Shown here: positions 17,597-26,536 of the stretch, one piece after another
Numbering within the stretch: the stretch's first letter is position 1
Layout: the number at the start of each line of letters is the position of its first letter
From: a virus
Taxonomy: Duplodnaviria > Caudoviricetes
Virus record (IMG/VR): IMGVR_UViG_3300029142_000002
Span: 1-54,558 of that record
Length of the DNA stretch: 54,558 bases
Strand: one strand, 5' to 3'
Notes under the pieces: generated by a model
Databases searched by the model: none
Seen by the model: the letters and a program-made list of their open reading frames with translations, nothing else
What the model was told of the DNA's origin: nothing
Position numbers and translations under genes: made by a program

Positions 17597-20587
17597 ATGG
17601 CATTTACTCATAGCGACTGGAACAAGACCGGTTGCACCGCTTCGGCAGATGGTACGCTGACCGAAGATACGAATAGCAACAGGCACAGCTTCTATCAGGA
17701 CATTCAATCTTTGATAGATACAGAAGGCTTAGGCACTTCGGCAATCCTTAAGGCCAAGGTTACGCCGATTGGTCGTACACGCGCCTGGATTGGATGCAGG
17801 CAGAATAACGGGTTCTTCCAGCAGACATTCCTGCTCACTGGTAGCGGATCGATTGAGACCAGCGGCAGCAACGTTACTAGCGCAACGATTGACGCAAACG
17901 GCGACGGCTCCTATACCTGCAAGGTTGTCTATAGCGGCACGTTCAGTTCTACCAATACGGTCTTTGCTGTGGGCGCTATGATTAGCGACAATACGCAGAC
18001 CTATACAGGCACCGGTATTGCTGCGATTAAGGTAGAGGAACCACAGCTAATTAAGGGCACGACGGATATTGATTTTGTGTCTACCGATGACAGGACGATC
18101 TACTACGATTCGGAGACGGGCGACGGCTCGCAGGATGCGACGATGCCAGCGAGCAACAAGCCTAGCCAGATCGAGCCACTATTCATATCCTCCACCGGTA
18201 GTGATGAGCTAACAATATCAGACTTTACCTATGATGCTGACGATCTAACCGTCAGCTGCCTCGTAGACTGGAACGGCAATACGTCAGCGGTCAAGACGCT
18301 AGCAAAGCACTGGGATGGATCAAGTCAGAATGCATGGAAGGCTTATTTAACAACAGATGGCAAATTCACTGTAGACATTAGCGACGATGGCAGCACTACA
18401 GACAAATCATATGTAGCGGTAAAGGCGCTTGATACAGACGAAAAAACGCTATGCTCTTTTACCTGGGATGGTACGGATTTAAAGCTTTACTATAATGATA
18501 TTGAACTGACTACCGCAGCAGGCGAACTAACGAAAACGACAGACAACGCAATAAGCGGCGACCTGCATAATTCAACAGATAGCATCAGGATCGGCGATGA
18601 TCACTATGGTAAGTATTATGAGTTTAGGATATACGACGGCGCAGCAACGGGCGCAGAGATAGCGTCTATCGCCTCTGGCTTTGGCGTCTCTGGCCTTCCT
18701 GATGGCACGACACCGGGCGGCGGTGGCGGCGGCGATCTTCCGTCAAATGCCGCAGATATGATACAGTGGATAAAGGATCAGGGATATTTAGACAGTGATA
18801 TCTTTTATATAAATAACTCTACGGGTAGTGATTCGAACTCGGGCACGTCAAGTGGTGATGCATGGGCAACGATTGGCAAGGCAGCATCAAACTTAACGGC
18901 TGGACAAGCCGTTTTTATCAGTGGTGCAGGCGGCAGGTTTTACGAGCAAGTCACGCCACAAAATAGCGGTTCCTCTGGCAATCGGATTATGTACGTGGGT
19001 GACCCTGATAACCCCTGCATTATTGATTCTAGCGAGCTTTTTACATCAAGTGGAGGAAGCAATTGGACCAGCGAGGGCGGCGGCATGTACAGCGCCAGTT
19101 ATTCAGCCACGCGTTACTTCTCTGATGAAGCTGCATACTTCGCTCAGTCGCCCGGTACGGGACTGGTACCTCTGTCTACCTTTATGACGCATCAGGTCAT
19201 TTATAATGATGCGCAACTCGTTCGAAAATCTACCTCCGACCACACAGTAGAGCCTAGTAGCATGGAGCAAGGTGAATGTTGGTTCAAGACGACGGGAAGC
19301 AGTGACAGTGCATTCAAGTCACCTACTGAAGTTTGGGTTAGGCTGCCGGGTGATATCGACCCAGATACGGTTGATATGAGGATTGGATCTGATAAAAAAT
19401 ACCTTTTTGACTGGCACGCAAATACATGGGAAGAAGGTTTTCCCGGTGCTAATGACAACGGCAGCGGTAACGCTAGCGGCAGAGACCATTTAGCGCTCAT
19501 TAACATACATCTGAAGTTTGGCTGCTGTATCCGTAAGCGTGGACCTTTATCAATTCGGGGCACTGGTTGGTGGCTTAGATGGTGTTCTATAAGTGACAGC
19601 AACGCATATAGCTTTACCATTTATGGCACAAATCACACTGTAGAAAATTGCAAGTTTATCAATAGTGGGTGCGGGCCTGCAAGGATGGAGTACTGCCAGA
19701 ATACTAGCGGTACAACCTTGTTAGATAAATGCCTCTACAAGAACGATAATATTCATAGCTTTCCTGAAAGCTGGGATGCTGGGTTTAAAATTAGTCACAG
19801 TGGCGACGGTGGCACAACTAAATGGACGAATAGTCATTGGTATCAGTCGGGTGCGGTAGGTATTTGGTGGGATATTTTTAATGGAGATAATAATGGTACA
19901 GGTGAAGCCTTTCTGGTTGAGCATTGCATATTTGAGGAGCAAGGAAGGCACGGAATATTTGTTGAGCATAACAGCGAAAACGTTGTTATCAAGCACTGCG
20001 GAATTTGGAAGACGAAGTTAACGCAGGAAGGAAACCACAACCACAAGCTTGGTACTGGCGTCCGCATTGCAGGCGCTGGCCTTTGCACATTTGAGAACAA
20101 TGCTATTGTGCAGAACGATGGTATTGGGTGGTACAGTAAAGCGGGACAAGACGGGCGCGGGCCGAACAATCAAGACACAATCAGAAACAATGTCTTTATC
20201 AATAATAACCAGGATGGCACACATGATATTGATAGGTGCGAATTCTTCGGCGGTGATGATGTAGACGAGCCTGGTACTTATCCGTGGAGCAGCTCAACGA
20301 TTGACGATAACGTATTTTTTAATACCCTCCCCTCTGGCGTCAACTATTTTGTTGAGGCGAATACCAATTCAGGATGGGTGGCGAATGACACCATTAGCTG
20401 GTTCGAGGACTCAAGTAGAACAAACGGCAGTGGAAATGCGATAGCCGCAAGTGCTGCTGCTGTTGTGCAAGATGAGACAGACAGAAAAGAGTTCTATGTG
20501 ACGGTCGGCAGCTATACGAGCAAAGGACCACAAAGCTTTACGCATTACGAGGACTTTACAGATACAGGTTGGACCATACCCTCTTAG
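17597..20587 (+). CDS. Tail spike/receptor-binding protein: CBM-like + LamG-like + beta-helix
   Basis: FTWDGTDLKLYYN and YEFRIYD (LamG), poly-Gly linker, GSDSNSGTSSGDAWATIGKA (DUF1565-like), beta-helix repeats. Confidence 0.75.
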   Translation: MAFTHSDWNKTGCTASADGTLTEDTNSNRHSFYQDIQSLIDTEGLGTSAILKAKVTPIGRTRAWIGCRQNNGFFQQTFLLTGSGSIETSGSNVTSATIDANGDGSYTCKVVYSGTFSSTNTVFAVGAMISDNTQTYTGTGIAAIKVEEPQLIKGTTDIDFVSTDDRTIYYDSETGDGSQDATMPASNKPSQIEPLFISSTGSDELTISDFTYDADDLTVSCLVDWNGNTSAVKTLAKHWDGSSQNAWKAYLTTDGKFTVDISDDGSTTDKSYVAVKALDTDEKTLCSFTWDGTDLKLYYNDIELTTAAGELTKTTDNAISGDLHNSTDSIRIGDDHYGKYYEFRIYDGAATGAEIASIASGFGVSGLPDGTTPGGGGGGDLPSNAADMIQWIKDQGYLDSDIFYINNSTGSDSNSGTSSGDAWATIGKAASNLTAGQAVFISGAGGRFYEQVTPQNSGSSGNRIMYVGDPDNPCIIDSSELFTSSGGSNWTSEGGGMYSASYSATRYFSDEAAYFAQSPGTGLVPLSTFMTHQVIYNDAQLVRKSTSDHTVEPSSMEQGECWFKTTGSSDSAFKSPTEVWVRLPGDIDPDTVDMRIGSDKKYLFDWHANTWEEGFPGANDNGSGNASGRDHLALINIHLKFGCCIRKRGPLSIRGTGWWLRWCSISDSNAYSFTIYGTNHTVENCKFINSGCGPARMEYCQNTSGTTLLDKCLYKNDNIHSFPESWDAGFKISHSGDGGTTKWTNSHWYQSGAVGIWWDIFNGDNNGTGEAFLVEHCIFEEQGRHGIFVEHNSENVVIKHCGIWKTKLTQEGNHNHKLGTGVRIAGAGLCTFENNAIVQNDGIGWYSKAGQDGRGPNNQDTIRNNVFINNNQDGTHDIDRCEFFGGDDVDEPGTYPWSSSTIDDNVFFNTLPSGVNYFVEANTNSGWVANDTISWFEDSSRTNGSGNAIAASAAAVVQDETDRKEFYVTVGSYTSKGPQSFTHYEDFTDTGWTIPS

Positions 20588-20591
20588 CACT

Positions 20592-21113
20592 ATGAAATTC
20601 ATATCTAATCTCAAGGAGCCATTATCGTTTTTTACGAATCTGGCTTACTTCATTGTCGGTTGCTTCGCCGCCTTCATAGGCTCTAATCCCCTACTGGCAA
20701 TATCTCTAATCTTTCTATCCGCCGGTTCTGCCGCATTCCACTACGCAGGATCACTAGTTGATACAAGCGCGCACAGGGCTGATGAAGGCGCAATCTACGC
20801 CGTTTTGTGTTCGCTACTGTTAACGGTGACGGGCTTCAATCCCTTCCTGGTAGTCCTTGGCGCGCTGGGTATGTTTGTCCTGATCTTTTATATGCAGGAT
20901 ATCGACCTGTTTAAGTGGGCGCCAATCCTTTGCGCTGCTATTGTGTTAGCGCTGGCCATCAATTACGGCATCTTGTCAGCACTACCTGCTGCGGTTGTTG
21001 GCCTTGCTGCATATCTGGTGCGCGCCAAACTGCCTGATTCAGACTGGCAACATGCCGCGTGGCACTGCCTGAGTGCGGGCGCTATCTACCTGGCCTGGGA
21101 GGTAACAATATAA
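20592..21113 (+). CDS. Multi-TM CREST-superfamily (ceramidase/haemolysin III-like) protein
   Basis: EPLSFFTNLAY, SAAFH (SxxxH), conserved D (RADE), HAAWH (HxxxH); several hydrophobic helices. Confidence 0.65.
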   Translation: MKFISNLKEPLSFFTNLAYFIVGCFAAFIGSNPLLAISLIFLSAGSAAFHYAGSLVDTSAHRADEGAIYAVLCSLLLTVTGFNPFLVVLGALGMFVLIFYMQDIDLFKWAPILCAAIVLALAINYGILSALPAAVVGLAAYLVRAKLPDSDWQHAAWHCLSAGAIYLAWEVTI

Positions 21114-21712
21114 TGCCTAAGAAAAAACGCAACCTTGGCGGCTTCTTCAAGAAGTTAGGTATGGGCGGGCTCGCTGTTGTGGCGGAGCTTGACCCTACAG
21201 GACTTGTCAAGAAGATCGGAAAGCAGTTTCCAGGGCTTAACGAGATCATTAGCGATGATAACCTGACCGACGCGCAGGTACAGGAAGAAATGATGGCTAA
21301 GTTTCCCAACATTGCCAGGGACCTTAGGGAGCTTGAGCTGCAGGAGTTTAAGACGCGCATGCAGACGTTGGTTGAGTTAGAAAATGCAGACGTAGCGCGT
21401 GAAAAGGTACATTCCGAAGACCGCGCAAGCGCACGAGATATGCGCATCAAGACAGGTGATAAATTCCCAAACTACCTGGCGGCGGGCACCGTGGTATTTG
21501 CCTTTGTGCTGGTCTTGCTGCTGCTGTTCTACGATATCCCCGAGGGTAACGAGCAGCTTTTAAATATAGGCTTTGGCGCAATACTGGGCGTCTTGTCAAC
21601 GATCTTTGCCTTTTTCTTTGGTAGCAGCTCCGGTAGCAAGAGAAAGACCGACAGCATGACGAAGATCATGAACGGTGGCAAGCCTCACCACTTTATACCT
21701 GGGGGCAAGTGA
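21113..21712 (+). CDS. Holin-like membrane protein
   Basis: DRASARDM motif, two C-terminal TM helices, FFFGSSSGS; precedes the endolysin; TAATG coupling at 21113. Confidence 0.7.
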   Translation: MPKKKRNLGGFFKKLGMGGLAVVAELDPTGLVKKIGKQFPGLNEIISDDNLTDAQVQEEMMAKFPNIARDLRELELQEFKTRMQTLVELENADVAREKVHSEDRASARDMRIKTGDKFPNYLAAGTVVFAFVLVLLLLFYDIPEGNEQLLNIGFGAILGVLSTIFAFFFGSSSGSKRKTDSMTKIMNGGKPHHFIPGGK

Positions 21713-22134
21713 TGTACAACATGCAGACGCATAGGGATAGCCTTTTGATCGACGTGCGCTGGTACGGTGAGTATTGGCGCGAGTATCCTATTGCGGAGCA
21801 TTTCACACTAGGCGAAGCTGCCTGCTCTGACGGCTCCCCCACTATCAAGCTTCACCCGGCCGCTATTCTGCTGGTTAGCGCAATACGCAGGGAATTTGGA
21901 ATAACTAGAATAAACTCATGGTACAGAACGCCAGGTTTTAACAGGTCTATTAACGGGAGCGAGTTCAGCAAGCACTTATACGGCATGGCCATTGACGTGC
22001 GCTGTGACCGGGTCACCCCTGAGACTGTTGCAAGTTTTGCAGACGAACTAGGCGCTGGAGGTGTTGGGATTTATGATTCTTTTACTCATGTTGATATTGC
22101 CGGTCAAAATAGAAGATGGGATAATCGTACTTAA
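21709..22134 (+). CDS. Endolysin, peptidase M15A family
   Basis: SWYRT...N...S.HLYGMAID and GVGIY..FTHVD zinc-binding motifs. Confidence 0.9.
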   Translation: MMYNMQTHRDSLLIDVRWYGEYWREYPIAEHFTLGEAACSDGSPTIKLHPAAILLVSAIRREFGITRINSWYRTPGFNRSINGSEFSKHLYGMAIDVRCDRVTPETVASFADELGAGGVGIYDSFTHVDIAGQNRRWDNRT

Positions 22135-22486
22135 CTTACTAGCTTCTTTCTACCAGGAAGAAGTAATTGATGCAGTAGGTGTATTAAGGAATGATCCCCT
22201 GCTCTATCTTGTTGTTGTGCTGCCCTTGTTTGCGGTGTTTGGCATGGCATGGCTTTATATGTCTAAGCACAAAGAAAACAAGGAATTAAGGACGGAAAAT
22301 AAAGACCTGACAACTGGCATAATAGACTCTAACAAGCTTAGCACAGAGGCTATTACCGCACAGGTTGAGGTAATGCGCACAATGAGATCCGATCAAAAGG
22401 ATGCATTATCGCGCTACGACCAGAAAACAGATACTATTCTGACGCACCTTACAGAAATAAAAGTGAAGATGGGGAAAAATGACTAA
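22061..22486 (+). CDS. Membrane-anchored coiled-coil protein (lysis accessory?); start uncertain
   Basis: One TM helix (LLYLVVVLPLFAVFGMAWLYM) followed by a coiled coil; lysis-cassette position. Confidence 0.55.
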   Translation: MLGFMILLLMLILPVKIEDGIIVLNLLASFYQEEVIDAVGVLRNDPLLYLVVVLPLFAVFGMAWLYMSKHKENKELRTENKDLTTGIIDSNKLSTEAITAQVEVMRTMRSDQKDALSRYDQKTDTILTHLTEIKVKMGKND

Positions 22487-22943
22487 TGAGGAGCTAAAGC
22501 GGAGCGTAAGCCGACTTAAGGAGATGCAACAGTTTGGGGTTGGTGAAACCTTCCCCGACAGAATGAAGGCGCTAAGGCATAATGAGGCGCTTATAAGAGA
22601 GGCGCTGCCTTTTGTGTCGTTTGGCGAGGATGATTCTATTAAGTGCTGGCCTTTTCCTGTTCCTGATGGGGCTGGCTTTGATATGTTTCTTTTAATAACT
22701 GACGGAATTACGTCTTTTCCTACTAATGAGAAGCACAAATATATATACAAAAATACATTACAGACGCTCTTTATTATCAACGGAAATGCTACAATTGTTA
22801 CCCCGCATAGAAAGATCAGGCTTACGGCCGGTGAGATCAAGGAAATAGAGCCTGGGACACCAGTGAGGGTTACCTACAAAAACTGCATTATTCTGTTTAA
22901 GATATCACCAAGAGTGGATTTTAATGACTTCTTTTTTGAGTAA
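22479..22943 (+). CDS. Cupin-fold protein
   Basis: LFIINGNATI ... IRLTAGEIKEIEPGTP cupin pattern. Confidence 0.55.
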   Translation: MTNEELKRSVSRLKEMQQFGVGETFPDRMKALRHNEALIREALPFVSFGEDDSIKCWPFPVPDGAGFDMFLLITDGITSFPTNEKHKYIYKNTLQTLFIINGNATIVTPHRKIRLTAGEIKEIEPGTPVRVTYKNCIILFKISPRVDFNDFFFE

Positions 22944-22951
22944 AAATTAGG

Positions 22952-23161
22952 GTGTGGGTTATGTCCGTTAACGATGCTTTGTATTTCTTATTCGTAGATC
23001 CACACCCTATTCTTTTAGTTTTCTACGTGGCAATCCTGCCGATGTGGATATGCTACCAGCTCCAAAAGATCGAATCGCTCCCCGATGAAACTGATTCTAT
23101 TAATTTGGCTCTTCTTAAACCTGGTGCTACCAGTTTTCTGGTATCGACTAAAAAAGAATGA
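22952..23161 (+). CDS. Small membrane protein
   Basis: Hydrophobic segment; co-oriented and fills the gap. Confidence 0.45.
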   Translation: MWVMSVNDALYFLFVDPHPILLVFYVAILPMWICYQLQKIESLPDETDSINLALLKPGATSFLVSTKKE

Positions 23162-23183
23162 GCCAGAGATAACCAAATGACTG

Positions 23184-24089
23184 ATGGCTGAAAACAGTCA
23201 GCGCCAGAAAGCATCTGCTAAGATTTATAAGCTTTCCGACGCTGTGAACAAAGAATGGATCGTACAGCAAAAGAGCGAAAACGTTCACCTTTTACGATTC
23301 AAATATAAAGCCAATTGGGAGCAATACGTCTTGCTTGCCTCGGATATTCACTTTGACAACAGCCATTGCAAGCGGCCGCTATTCAAGAAGCACCTGGAGC
23401 AGGCAAAGGAAAGGAACGCGCCGGTTATTATACCTGGTGATCTGTTATGCCTGATGCAGGGTAAATACGATCCTCGTAAAAGCTATGACGCGCTCCTCCC
23501 CCAGTATAAGACCGATGATTATTTTGGGGCCATTATCGATGATGCCGTGAAGTTCTTTGAGCCATACAAGAAGCAGTTAGCCGTCATAGGCTACGGCAAC
23601 CACGAGACGAGCGTGCTGAAGCGCAGCAATGTAGATATGATCCGCTGGCTGTGCCGGGAGCTTGGAAGCTTTCGCGGTGGCTATCGCGGCTTTGTGCGCT
23701 TTCTTTTCCAGCATGAAGCGGGCGGATCGAGGCAGAAAAAGACGATGTTTTATACGCATGGCGCAGGCGGCGGCGGTCCTGTTACGCGCGGCGTCATAAA
23801 GCACAATCGCCGCGCGTCAATGGTTCGTGATGTTGATATCATACTTTCGGGACATATCCACGAATCATGGGTATTAGAAAACGAGCAGTTTGCTTTAAGC
23901 GATCAGCATGTCATTAAGCATAAGAAGCAGTTACACATACAGTGCCCAACGTACAAGGACGAGATCGGCACAGGCGCAGCAGGTTGGGCGAACGAGAAGG
24001 AGTTTCCACCAAAGCCGCTCGGCGGTTGGTGGCTTAAGTTCAGCGCACTGAATAATACAATATCAGTATCAGTAGAGCGAGCAGAATAA
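23184..24089 (+). CDS. Calcineurin-like metallophosphoesterase
   Basis: SDIH, GD, GNHE, THG and GHIH motifs in the canonical order. Confidence 0.9.
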   Translation: MAENSQRQKASAKIYKLSDAVNKEWIVQQKSENVHLLRFKYKANWEQYVLLASDIHFDNSHCKRPLFKKHLEQAKERNAPVIIPGDLLCLMQGKYDPRKSYDALLPQYKTDDYFGAIIDDAVKFFEPYKKQLAVIGYGNHETSVLKRSNVDMIRWLCRELGSFRGGYRGFVRFLFQHEAGGSRQKKTMFYTHGAGGGGPVTRGVIKHNRRASMVRDVDIILSGHIHESWVLENEQFALSDQHVIKHKKQLHIQCPTYKDEIGTGAAGWANEKEFPPKPLGGWWLKFSALNNTISVSVERAE

Positions 24090-24113
24090 AATTTCTAGTA
24101 GTAAGTCGAACCA

Positions 24114-24419
24114 ATGCAGTGTAAGAACTGCGCTCCCCTTATGGTATTCGAAGCTATGACAGATGATACACGTGTTGTTGACATTTACGAGAAGAAAGGA
24201 CGCTACAAAATAGACGGTGATATAGCATATCAGATCACCGAAGACGGGCAACAGATACCCGTATCTATTCCCTATGTGCTGTCACTGATTGCCCGTCACA
24301 GAAGGCACTACAAACACAAGGGCGAACCTGTAACATTTAAAAGCTATTGGATGCTTGCAGGAATATCGTTTGGGTTTACGATTTTAGTTGGCGGGCTGCT
24401 GTGGATGTGGCTGTTTTAA
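24114..24419 (+). CDS. Hypothetical protein with C-terminal TM helix
   Basis: ORF track; hydrophobic C-terminus. Confidence 0.55.
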   Translation: MQCKNCAPLMVFEAMTDDTRVVDIYEKKGRYKIDGDIAYQITEDGQQIPVSIPYVLSLIARHRRHYKHKGEPVTFKSYWMLAGISFGFTILVGGLLWMWLF

Positions 24420-24442
24420 GCAGCAATGAATTACCGGAATAT

Positions 24443-24472
24443 TGTAACAGTTGCCACACATCAACTGTTACA
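24443..24472. repeat. Perfect 11-8-11 inverted repeat (lox/dif-like site or operator)
   Basis: TGTAACAGTTG-CCACACAT-CAACTGTTACA in a 316-bp intergenic region that holds further GTAACA boxes. Confidence 0.8.
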
Positions 24473-24735
24473 TCATGTGTTGCAGTTGTGTAACACTTAA
24501 AACACTAGTTGATTTGGCGTTAATTGAATCAATTAGGCATCTTTTGTATTTTACTATATCTGCAAACTACAATAGGTGACAGACTTCCCTTTAAGCTGTT
24601 ACCGAAGTCAATACTGAATATCCCGTACCTGTTCAACCTTCTGTGTCAATATCGGACTAGCTACCCGTTACACACGGAACGCTTTGTAGGCGTGCAGGGG
24701 TTGTAACAGTGCGGGAGTCTTCAACGGAGGAATAA

Positions 24736-25686
24736 ATGCCACAGTTCAAAAGTTCGCGGGGGTATAGTATACCCGGTGGCGATGGGCAGTCAGGCGTTGC
24801 AACACGCAGCAAAAGAGGAGAACGCATTAAGCTAGAAATAGCACCTAACAAACCGCAGTCGAAACTGGTTACACCATCTGGTGATCCTGTCACAATTAGC
24901 AGCCAGTCGAATACGCAGTTACTCAGAGAAGCACACGTAGAATCTGACGCATTTAATACCAAGAGCAAGAAGAAGGTTAAAAGTACTTACCGTGTTTTTA
25001 ACTGGATAGGGGGCGTAGGCATTATTGGTATTATTCTGGGCGGTTGTGTGATGGGCATTACCTATTCGCTAAGTCATAAAATATCCGACATTGAATGGGT
25101 GAACTACCTTATGGCCGCGTCTACATCGATTGGCTTGATTATAGGTATTCTGTTTCTGGGCAACTCGTTCAAGGGGCTTAAGGCAGGTGCTTTTCAAGGA
25201 ATTGACAAATGGATAGTAACCATCTCTATGGGGCTTGTTTTCCTCGACGAGATAGGCGGCGGCGTTGTTATGTTCAACCCTGAGTTTCAATCGTTTTATT
25301 ATACGTTCTTTGCACCTCTGATGCTGCCGTATATTGTGCTTGTGTCTAAGGGGCTGGAGCTGCTTAACACAAAGGAGCGGCGTAGCCGGAAAGCCAATTC
25401 TGTTAAGGAGAAGAGAAAGCACGTATTGGCGATGCAGGAGCACCAGATTCCATTACAAAAGGCGAAGGCAGAAGAGAAGGCGCGGCAGGTAGGGTCATTT
25501 GCCGCAATGGTTCACCGGGGAAAGGTATCATTCCTTTCTACAGTGCTTTCGTTTTTCTCTGGGTGGGGGGCTGCTATAAGTCAGGCGCAAGGCAATATTC
25601 AAGACAGCATTAACAGGCAAGCCGCTTTTATTGAAAGCAAGCCCAGAAAGAAAACAGCGAGCAGAAAGGCAAAAGCAAAAAAGTAG
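24736..25686 (+). CDS. Multi-TM membrane protein with basic coiled-coil tail
   Basis: GGAGG RBS; about four hydrophobic helices; ends on A_AAA_AAG TAG. Confidence 0.8.
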   Translation: MPQFKSSRGYSIPGGDGQSGVATRSKRGERIKLEIAPNKPQSKLVTPSGDPVTISSQSNTQLLREAHVESDAFNTKSKKKVKSTYRVFNWIGGVGIIGIILGGCVMGITYSLSHKISDIEWVNYLMAASTSIGLIIGILFLGNSFKGLKAGAFQGIDKWIVTISMGLVFLDEIGGGVVMFNPEFQSFYYTFFAPLMLPYIVLVSKGLELLNTKERRSRKANSVKEKRKHVLAMQEHQIPLQKAKAEEKARQVGSFAAMVHRGKVSFLSTVLSFFSGWGAAISQAQGNIQDSINRQAAFIESKPRKKTASRKAKAKK

Positions 25687-25859
25687 GGGCAGGGGAGAAG
25701 CTTAAAACTGAGAAACCCCGTAAGACCAGGCGCCGAAAGTGTAACAACAAGGAGTGCGACAATGATGTGTTTGGCAAGGCAGATACGTGCAGCCCAAGTT
25801 GCCGAACAAAGATAAGCCGCAAGCCGTCGCTTAGGCGCAGAAAAAAAACCACCGCTTAA
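25683..25859 (+). CDS. -1 frame extension encoding a Cys4 zinc finger (58 aa)
   Basis: VGAGEKLKTEKPRKTRRRKCNNKECDNDVFGKADTCSPSCRTKISRK...; no start codon upstream of the first Cys pair. Confidence 0.65.
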   Translation, partial: VGAGEKLKTEKPRKTRRRKCNNKECDNDVFGKADTCSPSCRTKISRKPSLRRRKKTTA

Positions 25860-25869
25860 TAGGTCACAC

Positions 25870-25919
25870 AGCCTCTACTCTAGACGATGGCGTATCGTCA
25901 GAAGGGTAGGGGCTTTTTT
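25870..25919 (+). terminator. Intrinsic terminator between convergent transcription units
   Basis: AGCCTCTACTCT...AGGGTAGGGGCT stem with inner GACGAT/ATCGTC, followed by a T-run. Confidence 0.7.
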
Positions 25920-26151
25920 AGTTTAGAGATATTGTACCCAGTGACTTGATATATGCGTCAAATTTCTCGTATTTCTTAAGTCTCAATTCTCCCTCCTTAA
26001 TAATTCTGTTAAGCTCCTGCTCGCGTTCCTCAGATCTTGCTACCATTCGGCAATATGCATCACGTACTTGCCATTCCCTGATCAGGTATCCGCCAATTCC
26101 ACCAGCAACCATAAGCATCAATAAGGAAACAATTTCATGTAACTTTTCCAT
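25918..26151 (-). CDS. Small membrane-anchored coiled-coil protein
   Basis: GGGAGG RBS; N-terminal TM helix. Confidence 0.6.
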   Translation of the reverse strand: MEKLHEIVSLLMLMVAGGIGGYLIREWQVRDAYCRMVARSEEREQELNRIIKEGELRLKKYEKFDAYIKSLGTISLN

Positions 26152-26177
26152 TGAATTTGAAACAGCCTCCCACTGCT

Positions 26178-26327
26178 TTATTTTCCAAAGAACAAGGAGA
26201 TAACAGCTAGAATAATGCCTCCAAAGGAAAGAATTAACCAGGCAATCCTGTTGTCTTTTCTCTGTTCATCAATGGCATTCATCTGATTTTTTATCAATGA
26301 TTCCATTGCTTTATAATAATCATCCAT
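26178..26327 (-). CDS. Small protein with C-terminal TM helix (49 aa, not in the ORF track)
   Basis: Translated by hand as MDDYYKAMESLIKNQMNAIDEQRKDNRIAWLILSFGGIILAVISLFFGK. Confidence 0.55.
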   Translation of the reverse strand: MDDYYKAMESLIKNQMNAIDEQRKDNRIAWLILSFGGIILAVISLFFGK

Positions 26328-26328
26328 G

Positions 26329-26508
26329 TCAAAAGCCGAAGCTGATAAGGTTATTAAGTGGTGTTATGATAATGCCTTGCGCCGTCCGGTTGTCACGAAC
26401 GACCGTCACCGCTATGTGCTCCGCTGGGAGATGGCAACGGGTGGTGATTTCGTCACAAACCAGTACGACAGCGCAAGGCATTGGTGTAGGATTATGGAGA
26501 TTGAACAT
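26329..26508 (-). CDS. Hypothetical protein (MFNLHNPTP...); strand uncertain
   Basis: Fits the leftward gene run and stops 1 nt before the next ATG; competes with the + ORF at 26326-26595. Confidence 0.4.
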   Translation of the reverse strand: MFNLHNPTPMPCAVVLVCDEITTRCHLPAEHIAVTVVRDNRTAQGIIITPLNNLISFGF

Positions 26509-26536
26509 AAAGCAGGGGTAATAGGCTACTGGCAGG

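Noticed and set aside
14226-20614. Many 60-160 aa alternate-frame and antisense ORFs within the tail genes
   Set aside because: Expected shadows of long Ser/Thr/Gly-rich coding sequence, with no RBS or motifs.
2156-25686. Genome-wide TAG reassignment (alternative genetic code)
   Set aside because: Long genes are intact under the standard code, and the continuations after the portal and 25686 TAG stops are in the -1 frame, not the same frame.
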